Shown: piece by piece, positions 50,501-59,517 of the stretch
Layout: every line of letters starts with the position of its first letter
Numbering within the stretch: the stretch's first letter is position 1
Source: Desulfurococcales archaeon
GTDB lineage: Archaea > Thermoproteota > Thermoprotei_A > Sulfolobales > Desulfurococcaceae
Assembly: GCA_027022365.1 (NCBI GenBank)
Contig: JALVYU010000026.1
Location: forward strand, 256,001 to 320,000
Direction: 5' to 3'
Length of the DNA: 64,000 nucleotides
Made by a program: the position numbers and the translations under genes
Notes under the pieces: model-generated
Databases searched by the model: none
What the model was told of the DNA's origin: nothing
The model's input: only the letters and a program-made list of their open reading frames with translations

Positions 50501-50606
50501 TGTCCATAAATCTGAGAGGTACTTTCTCCGGGATCTCCGGTGGTTGTTTATGATAGTATATTTCATATCCCATGTCTAGAAGTATTTTTCGTGAATCAAG
50601 AGGCAT
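47517..50606 (-). CDS. large SF2 DEAD/DEAH helicase (Hrq1/YprA/SftH-like)
   Basis: LYKHQ, SGTGSGKT, YPTLALANDQ, DEMD, TATLSN, QGIDIG, QREGRKGR. Confidence 0.85.
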   Translation of the reverse strand: MPLDSRKILLDMGYEIYYHKQPPEIPEKVPLRFMDIINELSSLEIGSMKLYKHQLEAYDSLKNGFNVILRSGTGSGKTEAWVLYFLRKTSENPGYRAIVIYPTLALANDQIRRISKYVSTIGAKALQLDSVKKHEIIRETGMKGLRNRVESANIIITNPAFLMHDIKKASISTSSSILYNYLTNIDLVIIDEMDFYGPRSIALLLGILWFISYVSQKKIQVCILTATLSNPDDLGQYLREMTGRNYKVIEGKPFHVENRIIIVLGKDLKKVWNKIREQVFKNKILIDDEQILKAIDNYEYFKKDPYKIIAYLQASYGLDVPNISVDIPEIISRYLDDEYVTLVFTRGINSAEEIVRTIKSRYGENAPIASHHHLVPKAIREKIEDDARNGRVKVIVSPRTLTQGIDIGVVARIVHVGLPDEVREFRQREGRKGRRTNIPFTESIIIPILRWDRELLTKGIETLNKWLSLGVERTLVNPRNLYMHLFTGLLKLISPWINEELTLLEKEALNKTGILSKDKLNEKLLKWTWERMNFYEFAPPYGIKRYLVENSEEKPLEPIGHCDLVEKFQPGCIDIGNDAIVTRLEFGRSSRHVKAVYEEPISYRLFYKDDALATALEEYRYIKMGWGEKPDIVRDIFSGRLSSEMLCVVYTPSNGFGRYRKIPNRCIWTLRSEKPRILRMPGNTVVVYDRRNIYVPKSTGGEYRDYTYGFSYDVDESEDATLLRIALSFLMIILRRKTGIAFETIMYDVVKAGEKKYFSLHEPEAAGILVDLDWQRIRRIVENYQPDELDLVLLSEIDDIAYADYITLGFDWSVIKQVCLRVIDYILLRDKIRAIFMDREITIPRPSKSLKLVALSGIAEIIESPAELPRLVVGLSFFDGEESVARAEVYPPVPYIKPPETLRSIEARVIELISYDNFKILISDRDAMLKFLRTANLRMLARIVELGENIITLNDILKRNNLSPSSYRTIVNESGVLRLELNLPDVVDSLKKAEIRIRSRFWREKIEKYLEEDAKALYYAYLLLSAIAS

Positions 50607-50632
50607 GGATCCACCCTGTCAAAATTATGTAA

Positions 50633-51139
50633 TCATATGATTTTCCTTAGATATTTTATCAAGGAACCTTTTCTTAAAATACTCACTTCTTTAGCGATAT
50701 TATTTGATAACCATTTCGGCCTCCTACTACTGGTTGTGAATATGTAATAGTTTAGACCATCAATAGATCGGGCATATACTATAGCGTCTGCTAATGATAT
50801 TTTAGGCTTGGACGAGAAACTAGCCGTCAAAAATAATATTCTACGGCTGGAAATAGGTTCGTATAGATCCTCGAGCATTTCGATTGCCTCGTAAAGAGCT
50901 AGCGCAGGCTCAGCCGGGTGTTGAAGCAGTGGAATATTACGTATGTCGCCAAGCAATTTATCAACAGCACTGGTCTCGACCAGGTCTATGAGGGGTAATG
51001 GCTCCTTACCGTACAGTACTACACCCATCCTGGCAAACTGGTTCTTCGAGACAAGTGCATAAGTATTCTGTAGAAATTCGATTGTTAACTCTAGATCAGA
51101 TGATTTAGTCCACTCGAGAGCCAATACTATGTCAATCAT
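50633..51139 (-). CDS. degenerate vWA-domain protein
   Basis: DIVLALEWTKS, RMGVVLY, ALALYEAIEML, RRILFLT; no intact MIDAS. Confidence 0.55.
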   Translation of the reverse strand: MIDIVLALEWTKSSDLELTIEFLQNTYALVSKNQFARMGVVLYGKEPLPLIDLVETSAVDKLLGDIRNIPLLQHPAEPALALYEAIEMLEDLYEPISSRRILFLTASFSSKPKISLADAIVYARSIDGLNYYIFTTSSRRPKWLSNNIAKEVSILRKGSLIKYLRKII

Positions 51140-51704
51140 ACTGTTTACCCGTAATATGTTCTACCGTGTTTTTGAGAACGGAATAAAGCTCTGCCTTTGT
51201 CTCGACAGTATGCATTGTGCCACCCGTGTTTTTTACGGCTTGTTCTACTAATAATAGATCGTTCTCTCTTATCCTACCGAGACATACTATATTTAGTCTT
51301 ACCGAAGAGTTTTTAGCATAAATTGAGGCTACATCTAGAGGAATCCCCATGTTGAACCCGCCATCCGTTATCATTATAACATCCTTACTGCCATGTACTC
51401 TACGTAGAATTTTCACTGAAACTATCACGCCATCACCTGGTGCACTACCTTCACCCATTATCCTTAGCCTTGACAAAGCATCTAGAGCGAGGCTATAGTC
51501 TCTTGTAGGATTTAGGATAGGATATGCTTTGCCGAAGAAAACAGTCATACCTATTCTAACAGGTATACTGGTCTTTTTAAGTAGCTTCACAACTATATAA
51601 TCAACAGCGTCTCTTACAGCAACTAGCTTATTGGGTGTTAGATCGTTATAGGATTTCCTCATACTTAATGAGGTATCCAGTAGAAACACCATGTTATGTG
51701 CCAA
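51132..51704 (-). CDS. vWA-domain protein with MIDAS
   Basis: FLLDTSLSM..DLTPNKL, MITDG. Confidence 0.85.
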   Translation of the reverse strand: MAHNMVFLLDTSLSMRKSYNDLTPNKLVAVRDAVDYIVVKLLKKTSIPVRIGMTVFFGKAYPILNPTRDYSLALDALSRLRIMGEGSAPGDGVIVSVKILRRVHGSKDVIMITDGGFNMGIPLDVASIYAKNSSVRLNIVCLGRIRENDLLLVEQAVKNTGGTMHTVETKAELYSVLKNTVEHITGKQYD

Positions 51705-52470
51705 CTTCTAGCACCCTGGCGACATCCTCGTGAATTATTGTTGGAAACGACTTTAATCCAAACAATATGGTTCTAAGCTTATCATCGTCTATTTCGTTTC
51801 TAAGTGTCATGAGAATGGATAGGAGACTACATGTTCTGACCCCATATTCGCTGGCTATAAGTCGTGTTCTCATATCCTCAGTCATATAAACGATTCTTTT
51901 GCTACTCCTCGCATAAGCTATAGCTATTGCTTCATGAAGAGTTATTTTGACCTTGGGTGTTATATGTATGCGACGAGGTTTCTCCACGAACTTAACTATT
52001 CCCCTCATTTTAACCGAATAATATAGTCTCGGATACATTATTGTCTCGAGTATTGTTTCAGCCGATATTGGGGCAAAGAACTGGTATCCGTCCAGCGCCA
52101 GTTTCTCAAAGTATTCCTGAATGTCATAGGTGTATATAAGGTATATCGTTAAGGGATCAACAACATATATTTCATCAGTCGTCATCCTCATTATTTCATC
52201 GACGCTGTTAACTCCAACTAATGGTATAATGCCCTTTGAGATCATGTAGTCCGACATTTCGGGAAAAGATAGCTCTGCAAAATATGCTGCATATTGAAAA
52301 CTAGTTTTCTCGTTAACATAAAGTTTTATTGATAGCTCTTTGAGATCTATCTCCTTCAATAGTCTCCTAACAGCATCTCTAACAGCTTCACTTAAGCTAG
52401 AATACAATCCGAGTTCTACTAGTCTTCTCAGCTTTTCTTCAAGTACTCCAGTAAGTTCTACATCTACCAT
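51694..52470 (-). CDS. RHH + UPF0175-like + PIN-domain fusion
   Basis: LVELGLYSSLSEAVRDAVRRLL; SFQYAAYFAELS; YVVD...LHEAIAIA...TEDMRTR. Confidence 0.65.
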   Translation of the reverse strand: MVDVELTGVLEEKLRRLVELGLYSSLSEAVRDAVRRLLKEIDLKELSIKLYVNEKTSFQYAAYFAELSFPEMSDYMISKGIIPLVGVNSVDEIMRMTTDEIYVVDPLTIYLIYTYDIQEYFEKLALDGYQFFAPISAETILETIMYPRLYYSVKMRGIVKFVEKPRRIHITPKVKITLHEAIAIAYARSSKRIVYMTEDMRTRLIASEYGVRTCSLLSILMTLRNEIDDDKLRTILFGLKSFPTIIHEDVARVLEVGT

Positions 52471-52619
52471 GTTGACACTCTCAGCAATCAGTTATTAGTA
52501 ATATATGGGTATTCATCATCAAATCCCAAATATCGAGAATTCTCCTCTATATTTCCTTGCTACAATAAATAATTGTTTTCAAAAAATATTTTGTTTTAGT
52601 TATAAAATTCTTACAATTT

Positions 52620-55600
52620 TTACTTTGTCGGTACTATATACAGTACTACCGGCACATATGCAGGAGCTATTAGTAGGAATGATCTATATCCTAGCATTGT
52701 GTAGCCTACTATGTACTGATAATATCCAGGCAATTCTATCAGCATAACGGCTATCGATGTTTCATTCGCCTTAACTGTGACTGGTATCTTCTGGTAGTTT
52801 CCGAAACCTGTAATAGGTGGCGTCGATACTACTGCGTCGCCCTGCTCAGTTATGGTCATTATCGGTGCATAGCTTAGGGCATAGCTACCCCATATTGTTA
52901 TGTTTGCTTTACCTGTTCCATTGATGACTGGTATTACTACTGCGCCGACCTTCGGATTTATCGATGCACGGATCGGTATTATCTCTACCTGTATGTTCTC
53001 GGGATACTGTTTAGACGCTCCTATCAAGGTGTTTCTAATAACTACCCAGTATGTTCCAAGCACGGGTGTTGGTGCAAACACAGCTGATTGTGTGTCTGAT
53101 GGTGTATCAAAGTGTGTGCCCCATCCGGAACTGCCATGGATGAACCAGCTGAACTTACCAGCTATCACTGAGCCGTAGAAGAATGAAAGCGGCGGTCCTG
53201 CGAGTACGTATGGCGTGTAATAGCCTGCCACGAATAAGTCGATGTTGGTGTTGCTGTCTTTCCACATAACTTTAACGATTAATCCTACAACGCTGGGATC
53301 ATCAACGTCTACTGGGAATATTCTCCAGTCACCGCTCTCGTATCTCCAAGACCAGTCGAAGGGTCCCGCCACGTAGTAGTTATTGTATAACGTCTCGTTA
53401 TGTGTTGAAGTGAGTATTAGTCCTGGTGTGTTCGGTGTAATTGCTGCCTTAACAACTATTGATACCGGTACAAGTACGGGTTTATTGCCTCCACATACGA
53501 TCACGTATCCCTGGTAAATTCCGGGCTTTGCGTCTGATGGTACCTTTACCGTTACAGTCACGTTGCCTGGACTCACTTGTCCTGATGGTAGGGTTATCCA
53601 GTTCCATGGAATCCTAGACGCCTGTATGAGATCTAGTCTGAACGGTATAATGCCGTAGCCGTAGACATAATAGTAGGTATTAGAGAATACTCGTATGTCC
53701 AGCAACAATGATTGCTCGGCGTTCGCTGGTAGTTTTCCTAGGTATTCCTTGAGGTAGCTTAGTATGTTTTCGACCTTCGCATTGGGGTCTCCGAAGGCTA
53801 CGTGCCAGACGTTCGCATAGCGTATATCATAGTTTATACGTGCTGTTTCGTTGAGCTCTATCTTCTTGTCTCCGTTCAAGTCTATCCAATAATGAAGATC
53901 TAATCCCGCGATAATCCATGGCAGGTACTGTCCTTTTCTTCCAAGCGGGTCGTAGACACTATATGGTATGCTTGCAACGAATTCTACGAAGTCCTTGTTC
54001 TCCCACGCCTCCTTATTTACGGGTATCAATATATGAGTTATTGCAGGGTATGATAAATTCAGGTAGAGTACATCACCTTTTACAGCTACCATCAAGTCCT
54101 TCAAAGGCACCGCACCAGCAGGGGTAAACGCTATTGCATCGTTTAGATCAAGATACTTCAGTAGATCCTCTCTCACAGCCTGGTACCTAACAGCCTTCAG
54201 CGTGTATTGGCCTTTACCATTGATGGTCAATGTAATGTTCTTTGTTTCTCCAGGGTATAGCGGCCCAGTGTAGATCTGTGTATCGCCGACAGGCTTGATC
54301 GTCAGGTTCAGGTCGTGGTAGTCCATGTATGGTAGCTCATTGTAAAAAGTATCGTAGCTATAGACTACTGGTACCCCGCCGCTCACTATTGTCTTCACAG
54401 CCGTGTATACGTCTACTTGTCCCGAGCCCTGCGTGAATGGATCATAGCCTAAGTCTTTGGCTGTGCTCTTCAATAATGCTTTAACATATGTTGGTGTTGG
54501 TAGCTTACCGTATTTTTCTAGATAGGCTTGTAGAATCAATGCTATGCTCCCAGCAGTCATTGGTGTTGCTTCGCTTGTTCCTCCGAATAGATCATATGCT
54601 CCCAGCCCGTTTCCTAATCCAAAGTGCCACGGCGCTGGCGCCCATGCGAAGCTACCGATGTTTACTACGTCGGGCTTCGCTACCCCCATATCGGTTGGTC
54701 CGCGGTCACTCCAGCTGACAACCTCTCCTCCAGGTGCTGGTAGGTAGCCGTATAGCGGCCTATAGGCGAAGAGCGTTGATGCTCCTACGCTTATCACCAG
54801 ACTCGCCGCGCCAGGTATTGTAGCGGTGCCGTATCCTGGTCCTCCATTACCCATTGCGAACACTATTATCGTCCCCGTCTCCGATACTAGGTAGTTTACT
54901 AGGAGGCTGTTGGGATCCATTCCTGACGCGAAGCCCACTATGCCTATGTAGCTCATGCCCCAGCTATTGCTTATTATGTTGGCCTTGTGCTCGCCTGTGT
55001 ACTGCCAGTTCCACGGCATGTTGTTGATTGCTGAGAATCCTGACCAGAAGAACTCTGCTGTGAAAGCGTTTATCAGGTATCCTGGAGTCGACGCTATCTT
55101 GGCGTCGGGCGCTATGCCCTTTAGATGGAATACGCCATAGCCTAGGTTGTATGCTACTCTTCCACGGCTGGCTATTACTGATGCGCAGCTGGTACCGTGT
55201 CCTAGCCAGTCATAGGCTATGTCAACATAGTTGCCATTGGTATCTAGTCCTGGCAGTATGACCGCGTTGAACTCCCAGTCCTTGTCCCACCCGTATTCCT
55301 TGGTGTAGCCTGTTAGTATTCCTAGCCAGTCGTACACCCATCCAGCCAGTTCTCCAGCGCTGAAGTCATTCACGCCGTCGCCGTTGAAGTCGCGTGCCAT
55401 GACCTCTTGGCCGTAGTAGGCCGGTTTTTCATCAGCGAAGCTATAGTCTTCCCATGCCGGGTTAGGTGCTGGGGCTATGCCTGCCTCGTGTAGAACATAC
55501 ATTATGTAATAGTATGTTGTTGATAGGTCGGCGTAGACAGTGTCGTATTTACCATCATCATTGGTGTCGGCTAGTATAATGGGTATAGTGTACTGTAGTA

Positions 55601-56576
55601 TTCCTGACGCTCCGTAGTGCGGGTATACTGTTTGTACAGCTATTCCAAACTTGAACACGTTGTCCTTGCTATGTATGTTTCCTACATAGAATGTGCTTAG
55701 GGGAAACGAAGCCGAATATACATGGCCGGAGGGCGATATGTAGAGCACCCATCCATAATCTGTTTCACCTATTGTTCCAGGCCAGCTGAAGAAGGTTACC
55801 GGCAACTGTACTTTCAGTGTCCCATTATCATCGATTGCTTGGCTCAGTGTCAGGGTTAGCCCTAGCTCATCGGCATCAAAGATCATGGGTACTCCATTAG
55901 ATGTCCTAGCTATAGCATCCACACCTAGATCAGATATACCAAAATCAACGCCAGTATCGACAACGGCTACCGTTATCCCTTTACCAGTAATGTTGTACCG
56001 GCTCCATACTTGAGCCGCTCCTATAGTCTTTACAGCTGCATAGAGTGTCGGCTCCGCCCTGCCAATGCCTGGCAACCCAGAAGTTTGCGGATGAACCTTA
56101 GCCTCCTCGAGTATTTGTTTTACCGGGGACTCCTCCGCCATTATCTTGAAAACGTAGGGTGTTTTGGCAAGAGCTACGACGTCATTGTATGTGGCCCAGG
56201 CCTCTATGTACCAGTACTGGGGCAACTTATAAGCGAATATTATGCCCTTTGTATGTTTCTTAATGAAACCTATATCGATGATCGGGGAGGCTATGATGAT
56301 GACTTTGGCTTGACCTGGCCTCGCCTTCGCGATAATACTGGTCATGGGGGGCTCCGTAGGCTGTTTTAGAGGTATGTTTAATTTAGCGAAGAAGCTCTCT
56401 GTATAGAATGATTTGTCCAGCAATTGTGGAGAGAGCTTTGACATCCACGGCTTGTATGATAACTCGTTATTGGTCTGAACAGCGTATGTCATTGTGAACG
56501 GTGTTAGAGCTGGCATGAGAAGTATTGCGACGAATACTAGTATTAGAGGAATATACCATTTATTCATAGGAGTCAC
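52620..56576 (-). CDS. large secreted subtilisin-like S8 protease (STABLE-like)
   Basis: signal peptide; VAVVDTG, GHGTSCAS, AMGNGG, GGTSEATP. Confidence 0.92.
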   Translation of the reverse strand: MTPMNKWYIPLILVFVAILLMPALTPFTMTYAVQTNNELSYKPWMSKLSPQLLDKSFYTESFFAKLNIPLKQPTEPPMTSIIAKARPGQAKVIIIASPIIDIGFIKKHTKGIIFAYKLPQYWYIEAWATYNDVVALAKTPYVFKIMAEESPVKQILEEAKVHPQTSGLPGIGRAEPTLYAAVKTIGAAQVWSRYNITGKGITVAVVDTGVDFGISDLGVDAIARTSNGVPMIFDADELGLTLTLSQAIDDNGTLKVQLPVTFFSWPGTIGETDYGWVLYISPSGHVYSASFPLSTFYVGNIHSKDNVFKFGIAVQTVYPHYGASGILQYTIPIILADTNDDGKYDTVYADLSTTYYYIMYVLHEAGIAPAPNPAWEDYSFADEKPAYYGQEVMARDFNGDGVNDFSAGELAGWVYDWLGILTGYTKEYGWDKDWEFNAVILPGLDTNGNYVDIAYDWLGHGTSCASVIASRGRVAYNLGYGVFHLKGIAPDAKIASTPGYLINAFTAEFFWSGFSAINNMPWNWQYTGEHKANIISNSWGMSYIGIVGFASGMDPNSLLVNYLVSETGTIIVFAMGNGGPGYGTATIPGAASLVISVGASTLFAYRPLYGYLPAPGGEVVSWSDRGPTDMGVAKPDVVNIGSFAWAPAPWHFGLGNGLGAYDLFGGTSEATPMTAGSIALILQAYLEKYGKLPTPTYVKALLKSTAKDLGYDPFTQGSGQVDVYTAVKTIVSGGVPVVYSYDTFYNELPYMDYHDLNLTIKPVGDTQIYTGPLYPGETKNITLTINGKGQYTLKAVRYQAVREDLLKYLDLNDAIAFTPAGAVPLKDLMVAVKGDVLYLNLSYPAITHILIPVNKEAWENKDFVEFVASIPYSVYDPLGRKGQYLPWIIAGLDLHYWIDLNGDKKIELNETARINYDIRYANVWHVAFGDPNAKVENILSYLKEYLGKLPANAEQSLLLDIRVFSNTYYYVYGYGIIPFRLDLIQASRIPWNWITLPSGQVSPGNVTVTVKVPSDAKPGIYQGYVIVCGGNKPVLVPVSIVVKAAITPNTPGLILTSTHNETLYNNYYVAGPFDWSWRYESGDWRIFPVDVDDPSVVGLIVKVMWKDSNTNIDLFVAGYYTPYVLAGPPLSFFYGSVIAGKFSWFIHGSSGWGTHFDTPSDTQSAVFAPTPVLGTYWVVIRNTLIGASKQYPENIQVEIIPIRASINPKVGAVVIPVINGTGKANITIWGSYALSYAPIMTITEQGDAVVSTPPITGFGNYQKIPVTVKANETSIAVMLIELPGYYQYIVGYTMLGYRSFLLIAPAYVPVVLYIVPTK

Positions 56577-56798
56577 CCTACAATCTGGGCTTGATTTAGA
56601 CCAAACTATTTTTCTAGCTATCGTATTATTTAAAATTGTACCACTACTGTGGGTAAATACCTAGCTAAATCTTCGCTTTTCGAAACAGTCTAAAAACAAG
56701 CACGGGTACTAGTAGCTACAAACTTTATAGGATAGAGAGTATTTGGTTAGGAAAAAACATTTATTTATGAAACTATGGGGTTAATTTGTACCATTGCG

Positions 56799-59387
56799 TT
56801 ACTCTTTCTTCTTGTATATTCCGTAACCGCTAACGGCGATCGCGATGATTATAAGTATTATACTGATTATTCCGTAAGTTGATACTGTACCGCTAATACC
56901 ATCCACTGCCTTCTTTAGGTCTGAGTTCTGGCTGCTTATGTAGCTCTTGATGTCGTTGGCTGTTGACTCGATCTTGCTGGCCAGACTGCTGGCGGTGTTC
57001 TTTATGTCCTGTAGGTTGCTCTTTATGTCGGTCACGGTGCTCTGTACATTGGATACAGTGCTCTGCACGTTGCTGAGCATTGACTTGAGGTCATCCAGCG
57101 TTGATGCCAGCTGGTCTAGCTTACTGGAGACGCTACTTACTGATCCGCTGATGCTTCCTAGCTGGCTCTTTATCTCGTCGATCTTTGATAGTAGGGTCTG
57201 CGTGTCTACCTTTAGCCCGCTCTTGATCAGCTGTTCTAGCGCGTTGAGGTTCGCGGTGATGTTGCCTGCCGCTGTCTGTATTACGCCCTCTATCTCGCCC
57301 GACTTGGTTATGATTAGGTCCTTGAGCTCGGCGTTGCTGCTCTTGAGAGCTTGTAGTGTGGTCTGTATTTCGCCTACTGCAGTCTTAAGCTCTACTGTGT
57401 CTCCCTTAATCGATACTATCGTGGCGTTGAGCTCATTGAGCTTTGTACAGAGCCTCGCGATCACCTCGTTGTTCTTCTCAATGATCAGTGTTGCTAGTGT
57501 GTTGTTAATGCTCTGTAGCTTCAGAGTTATGTCGTCGCCCAGACTCGTGATCAGGGCCTTTAGGTCGTTAATGCCGACTACTACGTCGTTGAGCTGACTG
57601 CTCAGACCATTAACGGCGTTCAGCACGTCCTCAAGGGTTGGCCCTGATACTGTGAAGGTAGCGTACAGCTGTGGGGTTGTCACGTTTGGTGTTGCCCAGT
57701 ACTCATAATATACTGCTACTACGTGTAGCCCGGGCTTCAGCCCGGTCGCTGGCACAGTTACCTCTAGGCTACCGCATGGACCTGCCTCGAAGCCCCATAA
57801 CAGCGTGCCCTGATCAAGCATTATGTCGTAGTAGCCAGTCTCGTTCAGTCCCGTCGCATATATTGTGAGGAACTCCTGCCCCTCAGTTATAACCGAGGGC
57901 TCCACCCACACCTTAGCCTCTACGAAGAACGTCGTGTTACCGGCGTCGAAGGTTGCCCAGTTGCCATACTTATCGGCTGCGTAGACCACGTGTTCGCCCC
58001 AAGTTGCTCCTGGTATGGTAACTGTCACGTTCATGTTCGGGGCTGTTATGGTTGTGTTGGCTAGGAGCTCTGGGCACCCGCCCTCGAACCAGATCGTCAC
58101 TGTATCGTTTACGAAGTCGTCGAATCTGTGGAGTGTAACTATTGCTTGGCTACCAACGTATCCCTTCTCGGGCGATATAGTTATCCATGGGGTTATCTTG
58201 ACGTATACCTTAAACGACACAACGACGTCTCCATCACTGATGTTTAGCCAGTAATAGTCACTGTGAGGTATGCTTGTCGGTATTGTTATGGTTAGATTCG
58301 TGTAGTTGCCCTCAGGGCCAAGCGGGACATTTGATGCGAGTACAGCACTGTATCCCAGCGTCTCGTTGGACAGGGTTATTGTTACTGAGCCCTCGTAGAC
58401 GAAGTACTCGAGACTGATGTTGTACTCCCTGTCAATCTTATACCATGGAGCAGTATTGTCGCCGAGGACTGCGCCGTTCGCAGGAGTCTCTGAACCGAGC
58501 TCGCCGTAGAGAGTCACCGTCCTATTTAGCTCGAGGAACTCGAATGATGCGAGGATGTCTGTTCCCTGGGTTACATTGAACCATATGTTGGTAGCGTTGT
58601 CGCCGGGCAGTAGTCCTAGGTCAGTGGCAGGGAAGGTGTATTCTATGCCTGTCCAGTTCCATGCGGGGTTATAGTCCTGTGCAGCGATAGTGTTTACCTG
58701 TGATGGTATGTTCTCGGCGATCAGGCCCGACTTCCCGGTGGCATTCCACGTTATGTTGTACTCTGCGCCGACCGAGGTCGCATATGCACATATGGTTATC
58801 GGCTGCTTGGGCACTATGCTTGTCCCATTATCTGGGTTAACGCAGAATACTGGTGTTACCGTGAAGTTGTTTACTGAGACAGCTACGTCGGAGGAGGGTA
58901 TGTTGGGCCTTAGGGCGGGATTGACGTCGGTTACCTTTATCCAGTAGACTACGTCTCCTTCGAACTGCTTTGGTATGTTAAATACTACTGTGCCATTACC
59001 GAGTTTGACGTTGATTGTGCCTCCGCCGAAGGTTCCTGAGACTTGCACCGTTGACTCGGAAAGCGTGGGTGTTACATTATATATCTGATAGACATTGATT
59101 GGCCCTATATACCATGCATCGCTTGGGGTTATCACTGCTGATCCGTCTGTTGAGAACCATATCCAGATCTGTGCTCCGCTAATGACCATTCCAGTTAGGT
59201 TTAACGCTATTTCTGCGCCCGCGGGTATATGTAGCTGTGTAGCGTTGCTTCCATTGTAGTATATTACCGGCCTTCCAACTATGGTTGCGTAGGTTATCGT
59301 ATTGAGTGTTGTGAATGGGATTGCTATCCCGAGTATCATTAATGCCATGAAGATTATTCCGAGTGTTCTCCTATTCATAATTGTCAC
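56799..59387 (-). CDS. tetrabrachion-like S-layer stalk glycoprotein
   Basis: signal peptide, beta-rich N-glycosylated N-part, ~250-aa coiled coil, C-terminal TM + KKK; adjacent to S8 protease. Confidence 0.7.
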   Translation of the reverse strand: MTIMNRRTLGIIFMALMILGIAIPFTTLNTITYATIVGRPVIYYNGSNATQLHIPAGAEIALNLTGMVISGAQIWIWFSTDGSAVITPSDAWYIGPINVYQIYNVTPTLSESTVQVSGTFGGGTINVKLGNGTVVFNIPKQFEGDVVYWIKVTDVNPALRPNIPSSDVAVSVNNFTVTPVFCVNPDNGTSIVPKQPITICAYATSVGAEYNITWNATGKSGLIAENIPSQVNTIAAQDYNPAWNWTGIEYTFPATDLGLLPGDNATNIWFNVTQGTDILASFEFLELNRTVTLYGELGSETPANGAVLGDNTAPWYKIDREYNISLEYFVYEGSVTITLSNETLGYSAVLASNVPLGPEGNYTNLTITIPTSIPHSDYYWLNISDGDVVVSFKVYVKITPWITISPEKGYVGSQAIVTLHRFDDFVNDTVTIWFEGGCPELLANTTITAPNMNVTVTIPGATWGEHVVYAADKYGNWATFDAGNTTFFVEAKVWVEPSVITEGQEFLTIYATGLNETGYYDIMLDQGTLLWGFEAGPCGSLEVTVPATGLKPGLHVVAVYYEYWATPNVTTPQLYATFTVSGPTLEDVLNAVNGLSSQLNDVVVGINDLKALITSLGDDITLKLQSINNTLATLIIEKNNEVIARLCTKLNELNATIVSIKGDTVELKTAVGEIQTTLQALKSSNAELKDLIITKSGEIEGVIQTAAGNITANLNALEQLIKSGLKVDTQTLLSKIDEIKSQLGSISGSVSSVSSKLDQLASTLDDLKSMLSNVQSTVSNVQSTVTDIKSNLQDIKNTASSLASKIESTANDIKSYISSQNSDLKKAVDGISGTVSTYGIISIILIIIAIAVSGYGIYKKKE

Positions 59388-59468
59388 CTAGCCTAATCTT
59401 GTCTTAGCCGTAGGATGGATATTTATCGGGTCTATATTTAAGTAATACTGCCCATGATCTACATGATC

Positions 59469-59512
59469 ATACCCCGGTTTTCCCGGGGGTTAGGGGGGTA
59501 TTACCGGGGTGT
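59469..59512 (-). terminator. GC-rich hairpin between pilin-like gene and S-layer promoter
   Basis: ACCCCGGT (59471-59478)/ACCGGGGT (59503-59510) directly after stop at 59518. Confidence 0.35.
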
Positions 59513-59517
59513 TTGTA

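Noticed and set aside
56947-57597. 216-aa plus-strand ORF
   Set aside because: Antisense shadow of the repetitive coiled-coil coding region
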